Positions 1-6,966 of a stretch of DNA of 39,363 bases are shown here, piece after piece. The notes under the pieces were generated by a model. That model was not told the DNA's origin. It saw nothing but the letters and a program-made list of their open reading frames with translations, and did not search any database. The stretch covers positions 1-39,363 of the IMG/VR virus record IMGVR_UViG_3300035156_000166; one strand, given 5' to 3'. This DNA is from a virus. The number at the start of each line of letters is the position of its first letter. Positions within the stretch are counted from its first letter, which is position 1. The position numbers and the translations under genes are program-made.

Positions 1-127
1 TGAACCGAGTAGTGGCGGTGTTCTGCGCGACCGGCGCGGTCATGTGGTTGATGCTTGCCGAGGAGAACTCGACCGCTGCCTTGCCGTTCGCCAGGAACGC
101 ACCGGTCGAGCGGTACGTCGGCTGCCG
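1..127. repeat. Left copy of 127-bp terminal direct repeat, identical to 39237-39363 (circular closure, assembler overlap or terminal redundancy)
   Basis: Read directly: the two strings are identical, and an ORF runs in frame across the junction. Offset is 39236. Confidence 0.95.
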
Positions 128-1120
128 CGCCTGCGTCGCTTGAACAGCGTGCGCCGTGCCCACGCTGTCAGTCCACGAGGAGAGCAGACCGCCGTCGGCG
201 GGTGGTGAGGTGATGCCCGACGCCTTCCACCTGCCGCGCAACGTGGGGACAGAGGATATCGGGGACGGAACTGAGCCGGAGCCCGTGCCGACCACCGATA
301 CCGCGCCCGCCCCGGAGCCGCTCTTGTCCGTCGACCCGGAGCCCGATCCGGAGACCGCGACCGTGCCGGTCCCTGAGCCGGTCGGCACCGCGTCGGGCAC
401 GTAGTCGGACACCGTGATCGCGTAGCGGTTCTGAACGTAGCTGTGAAGCTCCGCCCGCTCCGCTGCCGTCGCCGCGTGGTCGACGATCATGAACTCCGCG
501 ACGTCAGCCTGCAGCGGTCTGGTTGCGCCCTTGAGCCCGATCCAGATAGTCCCGTTGCCCGCCGCGCCCGCGTTGCCCGTGGCTACCTGCGTGCCGTTGA
601 CGTAGATCGTCGTGCTCGCACCGTTGGCTACAGCAGTGACCACTACAGGGTTGAGGGTGGCCGTGCCTGCTGCGGACGAGACGTCAGCGGAGCCGCCCCA
701 CACGACCCACCCGGTGCCACGCTGCAACAGCTCCACGCCGCCGTCGACCAGCTCTTGATCGGTGCCGGGAAGCGCGTTCATCTTCAGCACCATGACGTAG
801 GTGAGAGGTTGCGCCTTCGACGCGATGTCTGCCTGCAGCACGTGATTGCTGAAGCGGAGGACGGGTAGCCCATTGATCCCGCTGTTGATGAACGGAGGTC
901 GCTCGGAGGCGGTGACCCTCGTCAGTGGTACGCCGCCCACAAGAGCGGGCCACGGGGGATTGATCCCGTCCGCCCCGCTGATCGAGTCGGCGCGCCAGCG
1001 TTGCGTGAGGCCGGTCACGTACGAAGGGTCTGCCGGTCCCTTGACCTCGAGCAGAACGGCAGAGGCCCCGTCCTCGAGGAGTAGCCTGCTGCCGTCCTCG
1101 AGGAGGAGAGTGTCAGCCAT
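1..1120 (-). CDS. N-terminal 373 codons (ATG at 1120) of a wrap-around ORF that continues 39236->37381: LamG-like x2 / Gly-Ser repeat protein, 991 aa in total (putative fibre or decoration protein)
   Basis: Hand translation of minus strand 1120->1 has no stop (MADTLLLEDGSRLLLEDGASAVLLE...). It is missing from the ORF track because it runs off the window edge. Position 43 equals 39279 and is in frame. The start lies 4 nt after the stop of 1124..1771. A LamG_3-like terminal motif ADVAEFMIVDHAATAAERAEL is followed by ITVSDYV and two GSGxGxVxVxGxGSG units. Confidence 0.8.
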   Translation of the reverse strand, partial: MADTLLLEDGSRLLLEDGASAVLLEVKGPADPSYVTGLTQRWRADSISGADGINPPWPALVGGVPLTRVTASERPPFINSGINGLPVLRFSNHVLQADIASKAQPLTYVMVLKMNALPGTDQELVDGGVELLQRGTGWVVWGGSADVSSAAGTATLNPVVVTAVANGASTTIYVNGTQVATGNAGAAGNGTIWIGLKGATRPLQADVAEFMIVDHAATAAERAELHSYVQNRYAITVSDYVPDAVPTGSGTGTVAVSGSGSGSTDKSGSGAGAVSVVGTGSGSVPSPISSVPTLRGRWKASGITSPPADGGLLSSWTDSVGTAHAVQATQARQPTYRSTGAFLANGKAAVEFSSASINHMTAPVAQNTATTRF

Positions 1121-1123
1121 GAC

Positions 1124-1771
1124 CTATGCCAGGTTGAAGAGCTCAGACTGCACGAGCTGAACCTGCCACGACGACGACGCGCCAGGGTTGACCGAGACCC
1201 CGATGCGGAGGTTCGCCGCGGTGACGTCGAAAGCTGCGCCGACCTGCGTGTTGATGTTGTTCGCGCCCGCGGTCGCGCCGCTTATGAGGCCGGTCGAGGT
1301 CAGCCGGTGCTGTAGGTAGATCACCGCTGCCGGGACCGCGGTCGCGCCGATGGTGCGGAAGTTGAGGTAGATCTCGAAGAAACCCTCGTCGACCACTGCA
1401 GTCTGCGCGCCGAACGAAGCGGTAACCCGCGCGGTGTCGGCAGTGGTGCCCGCGGTGCCGACCCGGATATTGAGCGACGCTGCCGCCACTCCCGCCGCCG
1501 ATTTGGTGACGTTGAACCTGCACCGGTACATAGACCGGACCTGCAACCGTCCCGTGGGGATCAGCACGTCCGAGCCCGTGATGTAGGTCTCAGTCGTGCC
1601 GAGGGTCTGCGCCGCTATCGAGCCGTTGCTCTGCCGACCCCGTTGCTCGAAGTACGCGGTGAGTTGGTTGAGGCTGAAGCGCTCGGTGACCCCGCCCGAA
1701 GCGACCGGCACTAGGTCGGTGTCTGCCGGGGTTCCCCCGTCGGGCAGTGCGCTGATCTTGGTATCGGGCAT
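1124..1771 (-). CDS. Tail-fibre-like structural protein
   Basis: ORF track, 215 aa. The N-terminus TKISALPDGGTPADTDLVPVASGGVTERFSLNQL matches the recurrent phage fibre/spike N-terminal anchor motif as I recall it. It sits among fibre-like genes and is tightly packed. Confidence 0.6.
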   Translation of the reverse strand: MPDTKISALPDGGTPADTDLVPVASGGVTERFSLNQLTAYFEQRGRQSNGSIAAQTLGTTETYITGSDVLIPTGRLQVRSMYRCRFNVTKSAAGVAAASLNIRVGTAGTTADTARVTASFGAQTAVVDEGFFEIYLNFRTIGATAVPAAVIYLQHRLTSTGLISGATAGANNINTQVGAAFDVTAANLRIGVSVNPGASSSWQVQLVQSELFNLA

Positions 1772-1913
1772 CCCGCTCCCTCGAGCTGAGCCTGCAGCTC
1801 AGCTATCGTTTCGTCTCGGTCTTTCAGTCTGCCCTCGAGCGCCCGCACCTTGCCCTCGAGTCGAGCGATGTAGCTGTCAGCTCGAGCGGCAAAGTCGGCG
1901 TACTGCCCGCCGA

Positions 1914-2258
1914 TCAGGTCGCGGCGCTGTTGAGCGCGAGGGAGTTGATGGTGTACTGCCCCGCTGCGTTGCTCGAGGTGTCACCGGTGAGGAGCTGAGA
2001 CCCCCGGTAGACCCCGCCCGTGATCGCCGACCAGTACGTCGCGTAGAGCACGGGCCCGGAGGCTGCGCCGCCCGTGAAAGCCTTGTTCGTGAGCACGATG
2101 TCGCCGTTCGCCGCGGTCGACCACCCTGCAGCGACGCGCGCGTGCGACGTCGCGTTGAGGCCGGTCGATCCGGGGTCGGCTGAGGCGAGGCCCACGTGCG
2201 AGCACGCGGCGGCGATCGCGTTCATGCCGATGTCGAGAGTCGTATCGAGTAGAGGCAT
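1914..2258 (-). CDS. Small fibre-associated protein (hypothetical)
   Basis: ORF track, 114 aa, Gly/Ala/Thr-rich. It resembles small proteins found beside actinophage minor tail or fibre genes. Coding-like GC3. Confidence 0.5.
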   Translation of the reverse strand: MPLLDTTLDIGMNAIAAACSHVGLASADPGSTGLNATSHARVAAGWSTAANGDIVLTNKAFTGGAASGPVLYATYWSAITGGVYRGSQLLTGDTSSNAAGQYTINSLALNSAAT

Positions 2259-2341
2259 GGTCAGCCCTTCGGTTCAGGTGGTGTTCAAAGATGACGATCG
2301 CGGGGCGCGAGTCGTCTAAACGTCTCTGCTCAGACTACCAG

Positions 2342-3373
2342 TCAGCGGTAGCTTCGGATCTTGGCTGTCACCTGATCGGCGTAGGGCTTGCGCCTGAAAT
2401 CGCTGTAGAGCCACCCGAAGCACAGCTCCCCATTGGTGGCGGAGACGCCGCGGTCGCGGAGCTGATAGAGCGTGGCGACGTACGGGTCCGCGCTCATCAC
2501 TGCGCTGATCTGTTGCACGATCGCGTTGCCGACGTCTGCGGGGGAGCCGTAGCCGCTGACCATCGGGAGGCCGAACTCGAGGATCCCGACCGGCTTGCCG
2601 TAGCGGGTCCGGAGTTCGCGCATCCCCTCCGCCATGATCCGCATAGCGGTCGCGTTCTTCTCCGGGTAGGCGTGCACGCACACGACGTCGAGCACGGGGA
2701 GCCCGTCGAAGAACGTCTTCCACCGGGCCACTCTGCCAGCGTCGACGGGGTAGCCGAAGGGCGTCGTGGTGATCTTGGCTGCCTCGAGACCGACCACGCC
2801 GCGGATCACGCCGCGGAGGTGGGTCAGGGAAGCGTTCATCCGGGCGAGGTAGGCCGTGTTGAAGTTGGTCCCGAGCGGGGCATGGTTGCGGTAGTCGCGC
2901 CCGTCGTGCTCGTTGTAGATCTGCCAGAGGTCGACGTGCTGCCCGATGTCCTCAGCGACCGCCCGGACGTATTGCCCGTTCGCCGCGTTGAATTGCGCCT
3001 CAGTCCAGGCGTCGGAGTTGTAGAGCGAGGCCATGACCAGCACGACCCGGATGCCGCTCGCCTTGATCTTCGCGAAGGCTTGCTTGTAGAAGGCCGCGAC
3101 CGCTGCGTTGCGTGTAAACGTGCTGCCGTTCGTCGAGCCGTAGACACCGATCGGGATATCGAAACGTCCCCACGTTGCGCCGGATGCCACGAGCTCAGCG
3201 AGATCCCGGTCGAAGGTCCCCTCGTTGACGAAGATCATCGCACCGAGCGCGCCAGCCGGAGGCGGGGGAGGTGGCGGTGGCGGGGGTGGGGGAGTGGTGA
3301 GCCTGTCGATCTCTGCCTGAAGCGCTGCGATCTTGTCGTCTGCCTGCTGGCCGAAGTCGGCGTAGGTTCCCAT
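2342..3373 (-). CDS. Clan GH-A (GH5-like) glycoside hydrolase with N-terminal coiled coil and poly-Pro linker; putative virion-associated depolymerase
   Basis: 343 aa. Motifs lie in TIM-barrel order: WQIYNEHD (acid/base NE), VCVHAYP (H-x-Y), GILEFGLP (nucleophile E). The N-terminus YADFGQQADDKIAALQAEIDRL is followed by 12 consecutive Pro. Confidence 0.6.
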   Translation of the reverse strand: MGTYADFGQQADDKIAALQAEIDRLTTPPPPPPPPPPPPAGALGAMIFVNEGTFDRDLAELVASGATWGRFDIPIGVYGSTNGSTFTRNAAVAAFYKQAFAKIKASGIRVVLVMASLYNSDAWTEAQFNAANGQYVRAVAEDIGQHVDLWQIYNEHDGRDYRNHAPLGTNFNTAYLARMNASLTHLRGVIRGVVGLEAAKITTTPFGYPVDAGRVARWKTFFDGLPVLDVVCVHAYPEKNATAMRIMAEGMRELRTRYGKPVGILEFGLPMVSGYGSPADVGNAIVQQISAVMSADPYVATLYQLRDRGVSATNGELCFGWLYSDFRRKPYADQVTAKIRSYR

Positions 3374-3379
3374 TCGCCC

Positions 3380-3388
3380 AGATTACCA
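3380..3388 (-). promoter_or_regulatory. Extended -10 like element TGgTAATCT, 6 nt upstream of ATG 3373 (leaderless-type start of the second late unit)
   Basis: Minus strand reads cgcTGGTAATCTgggcgaATG. No convincing -35. Confidence 0.35.
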
Positions 3389-3399
3389 GCGCTCGAGGG

Positions 3400-3428
3400 T
3401 TGACTCCGGCATCGCGCACGTGTAGAGT
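3400..3428 (+). promoter_or_regulatory. Sigma-70/SigA-type promoter TTGACT-N17-TAGAGT followed by the conserved CGTAGACA block
   Basis: -35 at 3400-3405, -10 at 3423-3428. The 18-mer CGTGTAGAGTCGTAGACA (3419-3436) is identical to 18643-18660 and 21503-21520. RBS agagaggag, then ATG 3459. Confidence 0.7.
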
Positions 3429-3458
3429 CGTAGACAACCAACAGAGAGGAGCAAGGCA

Positions 3459-3662
3459 ATGCAAGGTTTAAACGGTGAGGTGCTCGAGGGTGACTTCGTG
3501 GAGGTCGCCATACCTGCGGGGACGTATCCCGAGCAACGCGAGGAGACGTGGCTCGAGGGCGCGGTCTACCGGATCGGCTATCACGGGTTGCTCGGATGCT
3601 CCGGGGTCACGATCAACCGCCAGGACGCGCCGGTCAGGGTGCGCAAGATCAGCCGTGGCTAA
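3459..3662 (+). CDS. Hypothetical 67-aa protein (first ORF of opposite-strand cassette)
   Basis: ORF track. Preceded by a consensus promoter and RBS. Confidence 0.6.
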   Translation: MQGLNGEVLEGDFVEVAIPAGTYPEQREETWLEGAVYRIGYHGLLGCSGVTINRQDAPVRVRKISRG

Positions 3663-3834
3663 GGCGAGGGTCCGTTGCGGAGGGAAGGTTCGCTACCGTG
3701 ACCAGCTCGCCGCGAAGATCGCCCTAGCCTCCGCCTCTAGGCCGGGTGGTTCAGCGAAGCGGGACGAGACTCGCTTCTACCGCTGCCCGCGCTGCGCCGG
3801 GTGGCACCTGACCAGTCAAGCGAAGCGCGCTTAG
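3655..3834 (+). CDS. Small zinc-ribbon protein (59 aa, GTG start overlapping the upstream stop)
   Basis: In frame with track ORF 3475..3834. GTG at 3655 overlaps TAA 3660-3662. Cys pairs: RCGGKVRY ... YRCPRCAGWHLTSQ. Confidence 0.45.
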   Translation: MAKARVRCGGKVRYRDQLAAKIALASASRPGGSAKRDETRFYRCPRCAGWHLTSQAKRA

Positions 3835-3842
3835 GGGCACGA

Positions 3843-3877
3843 GAGCCCCGGTCTCCACGTAAGGGAGGCCGGGGCTC
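3843..3877. terminator. Bidirectional stem-loop terminator between convergent genes
   Basis: GAGCCCCGG (3843-3851) / CCGGGGCTC (3869-3877), 9-bp stem with 17-nt loop. Same arm sequence as the terminator at 21801-21831. Confidence 0.6.
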
Positions 3878-3912
3878 GTCGCGCCGAGGTAGCGGACTAG
3901 AGGAGCGCGCTT

Positions 3913-3928
3913 GCTACTACGTAGTAGC
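3913..3928. repeat. 16-bp perfect palindrome GCTACTACGTAGTAGC just downstream of the capsid gene stop (possible second hairpin or operator)
   Basis: Read directly. The stem can extend by 3 bp across a TT bulge. Confidence 0.8.
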
Positions 3929-3940
3929 GCGACTCATCCC

Positions 3941-4840
3941 TTACGGGGTGTCGACCACGCCGTCGGTCAGACGGACGTACTGCGTCAGGTCGCGGACGAT
4001 GAACCCGAGCTCGATCTCCGCGCGCACCGCGAACATGTCACGCTGCCAGAGGTTGATCTGAGTCCCGCCGTCGTTGATCGTCGCCTGATCGGAGATCGCC
4101 ACGGAGACGCCTTCCACCGTGCCGACGTACGCACCGGAGAAATCGCCCGCGAAGCCGAGATCGTCGCCGATCGTGGTGCTCTTCTTCATGGCTGCCTTCG
4201 TCTTCGACACCGGAGCGCCGAAGATCGAAGAGGCGAGCGTGCCGTCCGGCTGCTGACCCTGCGTGAAGTACTGCAGGCCCGAGGACGGGTTGACCGCGCC
4301 GAGGAGCGAGGCGTAGAGCGGGTTGCTGACGATCCAGTGCGTCAGGTCGCCGCCAGCCGCCGCGATCGCGGTTGCCACGCTGAGCACCTGCGCCAGGGTC
4401 GGGGTCGTCGCGCCGAACGAGATCTGCGGGACGCCGCCGAGGGTGTCGAAATCCGACCCCGGAACGGCGGTCACGCCGTACACGGTCTCGTCGAAGCGCT
4501 TCGCCAGAGCCGCGGGGAGCCGCTGCACGAGGGCACCGTAGAGGCTGCCGAGGTCGCGCTTGAACTGGTTGGAGAAGGGCACGATCACGGCGATCGTGTA
4601 ACCCTTCATGCTCTTCGAGCCGACCGTGCCGCGGCTGACGGGCTTCTCGTCGGTCTCGTTGACCCACGCGGCCACCGGCTCGCCGGTAATCATCGGGATC
4701 GTGAGACCCGCGCCGGGAAGCGGGAGGGTCTGCGACACCTGCATGATGGTCGACGCCTCGAGGACGTTCGACCAGATCTCACCGGAGATCTGCTTCGGGA
4801 GGGGAACGTTGGTCGTGCCCCTGTTGATATCGACGGGCAT
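3941..4840 (-). CDS. Major capsid protein (HK97-fold type)
   Basis: 299 aa. Sits after portal and scaffold. Sequence character is typical of actinophage HK97-like capsid proteins. Followed by terminator hairpins. Confidence 0.8.
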   Translation of the reverse strand: MPVDINRGTTNVPLPKQISGEIWSNVLEASTIMQVSQTLPLPGAGLTIPMITGEPVAAWVNETDEKPVSRGTVGSKSMKGYTIAVIVPFSNQFKRDLGSLYGALVQRLPAALAKRFDETVYGVTAVPGSDFDTLGGVPQISFGATTPTLAQVLSVATAIAAAGGDLTHWIVSNPLYASLLGAVNPSSGLQYFTQGQQPDGTLASSIFGAPVSKTKAAMKKSTTIGDDLGFAGDFSGAYVGTVEGVSVAISDQATINDGGTQINLWQRDMFAVRAEIELGFIVRDLTQYVRLTDGVVDTP

Positions 4841-4855
4841 GGTCAGCCTTTCGGA

Positions 4856-5476
4856 CTAGGAGAGCTTGGAGTTGAAGAGTTCGGCGAACGTCTCCGCGTT
4901 TGTCTTCGCGGAGGGTGCACCGTTGGTGCGACCGTGCCCCACCTTCGAGGCCGGTTTCTTGACGGTGCCCAGGAGAGCCACGTACTCGTCGTGCAACGCG
5001 GTGATCGCGTCCGCGTCCGGGTCGCCGTCCTCGCCCACGAACTGAGCGAGGTCGAGCTTGCCGACCACAGCGCCGATCAGCGCATCCGGCACCACTCCCT
5101 TGAGGGAAGCGGTGACCTCAGACTTCGCCAGCTTCACGCCGTACTCGAGCCGGATCGTCTCGCGCACGCGCGCTTCGATCGCTGCCGGAGTGTCGCCTTC
5201 AGCCGGTGCTGCCTTCTGAGCGGTGCGTGCCTTGATCCGCTGAGCTGCGTTCTCGTTCCTCAGCCTGCGGATCTCAGCCTGCCAGCTCTCCGGCAGATCT
5301 TCGAGCTTGGATTCCTGATCCGTCTGCTCTTCGTGCTCTTGCTCTTGCCCCGTGTCCTCCGTGCCGTCCGGCTCGTCCGTGCCGCCTCCGATGCCCAACT
5401 TCTGGGCTACGGCTGCGTCTTCGGCTGATAGTGCTTCTGGCATGAGGTGCACCCTTCTAGGGAAAGTCGTCGACAT
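4856..5476 (-). CDS. Capsid scaffolding protein (start may be ATG 5443)
   Basis: Acidic, Ala/Glu/Lys-rich and helical-looking, 206 aa, between the portal and capsid genes. Confidence 0.6.
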   Translation of the reverse strand: MSTTFPRRVHLMPEALSAEDAAVAQKLGIGGGTDEPDGTEDTGQEQEHEEQTDQESKLEDLPESWQAEIRRLRNENAAQRIKARTAQKAAPAEGDTPAAIEARVRETIRLEYGVKLAKSEVTASLKGVVPDALIGAVVGKLDLAQFVGEDGDPDADAITALHDEYVALLGTVKKPASKVGHGRTNGAPSAKTNAETFAELFNSKLS

Positions 5477-5492
5477 CTAGCCGATGCTCTCT

Positions 5493-5513
5493 AGGTTAGC
5501 GCACGTTTACACG
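5493..5513 (-). promoter_or_regulatory. Candidate late-promoter-like element CGTGTAAACG-N5-TAACCT
   Basis: Minus strand reads atCGTGTAAACGtgcgcTAACCTagagagc. The motif overlaps the portal stop codon and lies upstream of the scaffold gene. Confidence 0.35.
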
Positions 5514-6961
5514 ATCTCCTGTTGAGGAGGCTCAACCACGGCAGGCGCGGCGGATCCTGCCCGGTCCGTAGCCGGAGCTGCAGCGACCGGAGTCGGCCAC
5601 CCTGCCACGAGGTCGACGTCATAGCCACGCTCAAGCATGACCTGAGCGAACGGCACGCCCGCCTCGAGCTGCAGCTTCGCGGTCTCCCACGAGTCGCGAT
5701 CGTTGTACGTGATCGGCGGGGCCCACGCGACCTCAGCGTTCGTAGGCCCGAGCCCGCGCACCGCGCAGACCCACTCGAAGAGCTCGTGCCACGTCACACC
5801 GAACTGCGCCTGCCGGTCGCTCACCTTCGAGTTCAACGGCTGCTCGTCCATCCGTTGCGAGTCGCCCGAGGGTGTCGTGCCGCCGCGGTGATAGCGGTTC
5901 GCGGGCATATCGGTCACGTCGGCCATTTGCTGTACGAGCATTTCGATCGGCCCGGTGAAGTTCGATATGTCGGCTGCCGGGAACTGTCCGGGTCGGACGT
6001 TCTTCCCCGAGAGGATCCAGACCTCACCGGGCTCGTCGCTCATCGTCGAGCTCGAGTCCAGACCGGACCCTTCCGGGTCGAGCTCGGTCTCGCCGACGGC
6101 TGCCGCGAACGGGTCGGGCGCGTCAGCGTTGAGAGCTGAGTCAGTAGCGATGTAGCGCTTCGGCAGCACCTGGTGATCCACCCCGCCCATCATGGAGAGC
6201 ACGAGTTTGTTGATCGCTTCCTGCGGACCGTAGGCGTCGGCATGCTCAGGCCTGCCGTAAGGCCGACCGGTGCGGAAGTGGAAGACCGGGATCACACCGG
6301 GCACCGGGTTCTCGAGCGGCCACGCGCCGGTCTCGTCCAGGAAGGGGACGTACTCCACCTCAGCGCCGATGACGGTCGTCTTGCCGGTCTCGTCCTCGTG
6401 CGCTTGGCTGCTGACCCACTGCTCCACCCGGTCGGGGTAGTAGAGGTTGACCCGGTGCCACTTGCCCTTGCCGAGCCCGTTGCCCGTGTCTCCGGGCTCG
6501 AGCCACGAGTGCACCGCGTGCGACTTCTGCCGCGGCTTCTCCGGATCGTAGAAGACCCGGACGTTCGTCGGCTCGTGCTGGTAGAGCGAGACACCACCGG
6601 GCAGGTCGTCGTCGAGCCAGCCGATGATGTAGGAGTCCCCGAACTCGTACGCCTTGAGGTGCACGTCTTTCGCTTCGATGCCGAGTTGGTTGTCATCCCA
6701 CGTTTGATCGAGAGCTGCCTGCTGCGCAGAGTTGTCGCACGTGATCCCCTTGACCATCGTTCGCTCCGCGAGGAGGTCGACCGGAGTGCGAGCGTAGTTG
6801 ATCCTGAAGTGCTCGCTCTGATCCTTGAAGATCTCCCTCAGCTTCTCGGAGGCGAAGACTTCCGGGATGGTGCCCTCGAAGAACTGCGCCGCTCTCGAGT
6901 ACGCCGCACGCGGAGCGACCAGATCCTTGATCGCTTGGGTGAGGTGCGCGTGGTCAGCCAT
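5507..6961 (-). CDS. Portal protein
   Basis: Track ORF 5507..7024 trimmed to ATG 6961 (MADHAHLTQAIKDL...), 5 nt after the terminase stop. 484 aa, directly downstream of the large terminase. Confidence 0.8.
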   Translation of the reverse strand: MADHAHLTQAIKDLVAPRAAYSRAAQFFEGTIPEVFASEKLREIFKDQSEHFRINYARTPVDLLAERTMVKGITCDNSAQQAALDQTWDDNQLGIEAKDVHLKAYEFGDSYIIGWLDDDLPGGVSLYQHEPTNVRVFYDPEKPRQKSHAVHSWLEPGDTGNGLGKGKWHRVNLYYPDRVEQWVSSQAHEDETGKTTVIGAEVEYVPFLDETGAWPLENPVPGVIPVFHFRTGRPYGRPEHADAYGPQEAINKLVLSMMGGVDHQVLPKRYIATDSALNADAPDPFAAAVGETELDPEGSGLDSSSTMSDEPGEVWILSGKNVRPGQFPAADISNFTGPIEMLVQQMADVTDMPANRYHRGGTTPSGDSQRMDEQPLNSKVSDRQAQFGVTWHELFEWVCAVRGLGPTNAEVAWAPPITYNDRDSWETAKLQLEAGVPFAQVMLERGYDVDLVAGWPTPVAAAPATDRAGSAAPAVVEPPQQEIV

Positions 6962-6966
6962 GCATC

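Noticed and set aside
1-127. 127-bp repeat taken as a genuine direct terminal repeat of the virion DNA
   Set aside because: Not accepted as such. The repeat falls inside a coding sequence, and its length equals a common assembler k-mer. Read-level evidence is needed.
156-404. Plus-strand ORFs rich in PEPxPxTATVPVPEP (156..404, 37946..38206, 38357..38632, 38636..38833, 37298..37726)
   Set aside because: They are the antisense shadow of the in-frame Gly/Ser repeat array of the 991-aa minus-strand gene. Their periodicity comes from that gene, and they lack start contexts.
1021-3600. Striking abundance of the palindrome CTCGAG (12 copies counted in the first 3.6 kb, far above base-composition expectation)
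   Set aside because: Most copies are in-frame Leu-Glu (CTC GAG) or TCG AGC codon pairs using the preferred codons of this genome. Codon and dipeptide usage probably explains most of the excess. A codon-aware shuffle is needed before calling it a signal.
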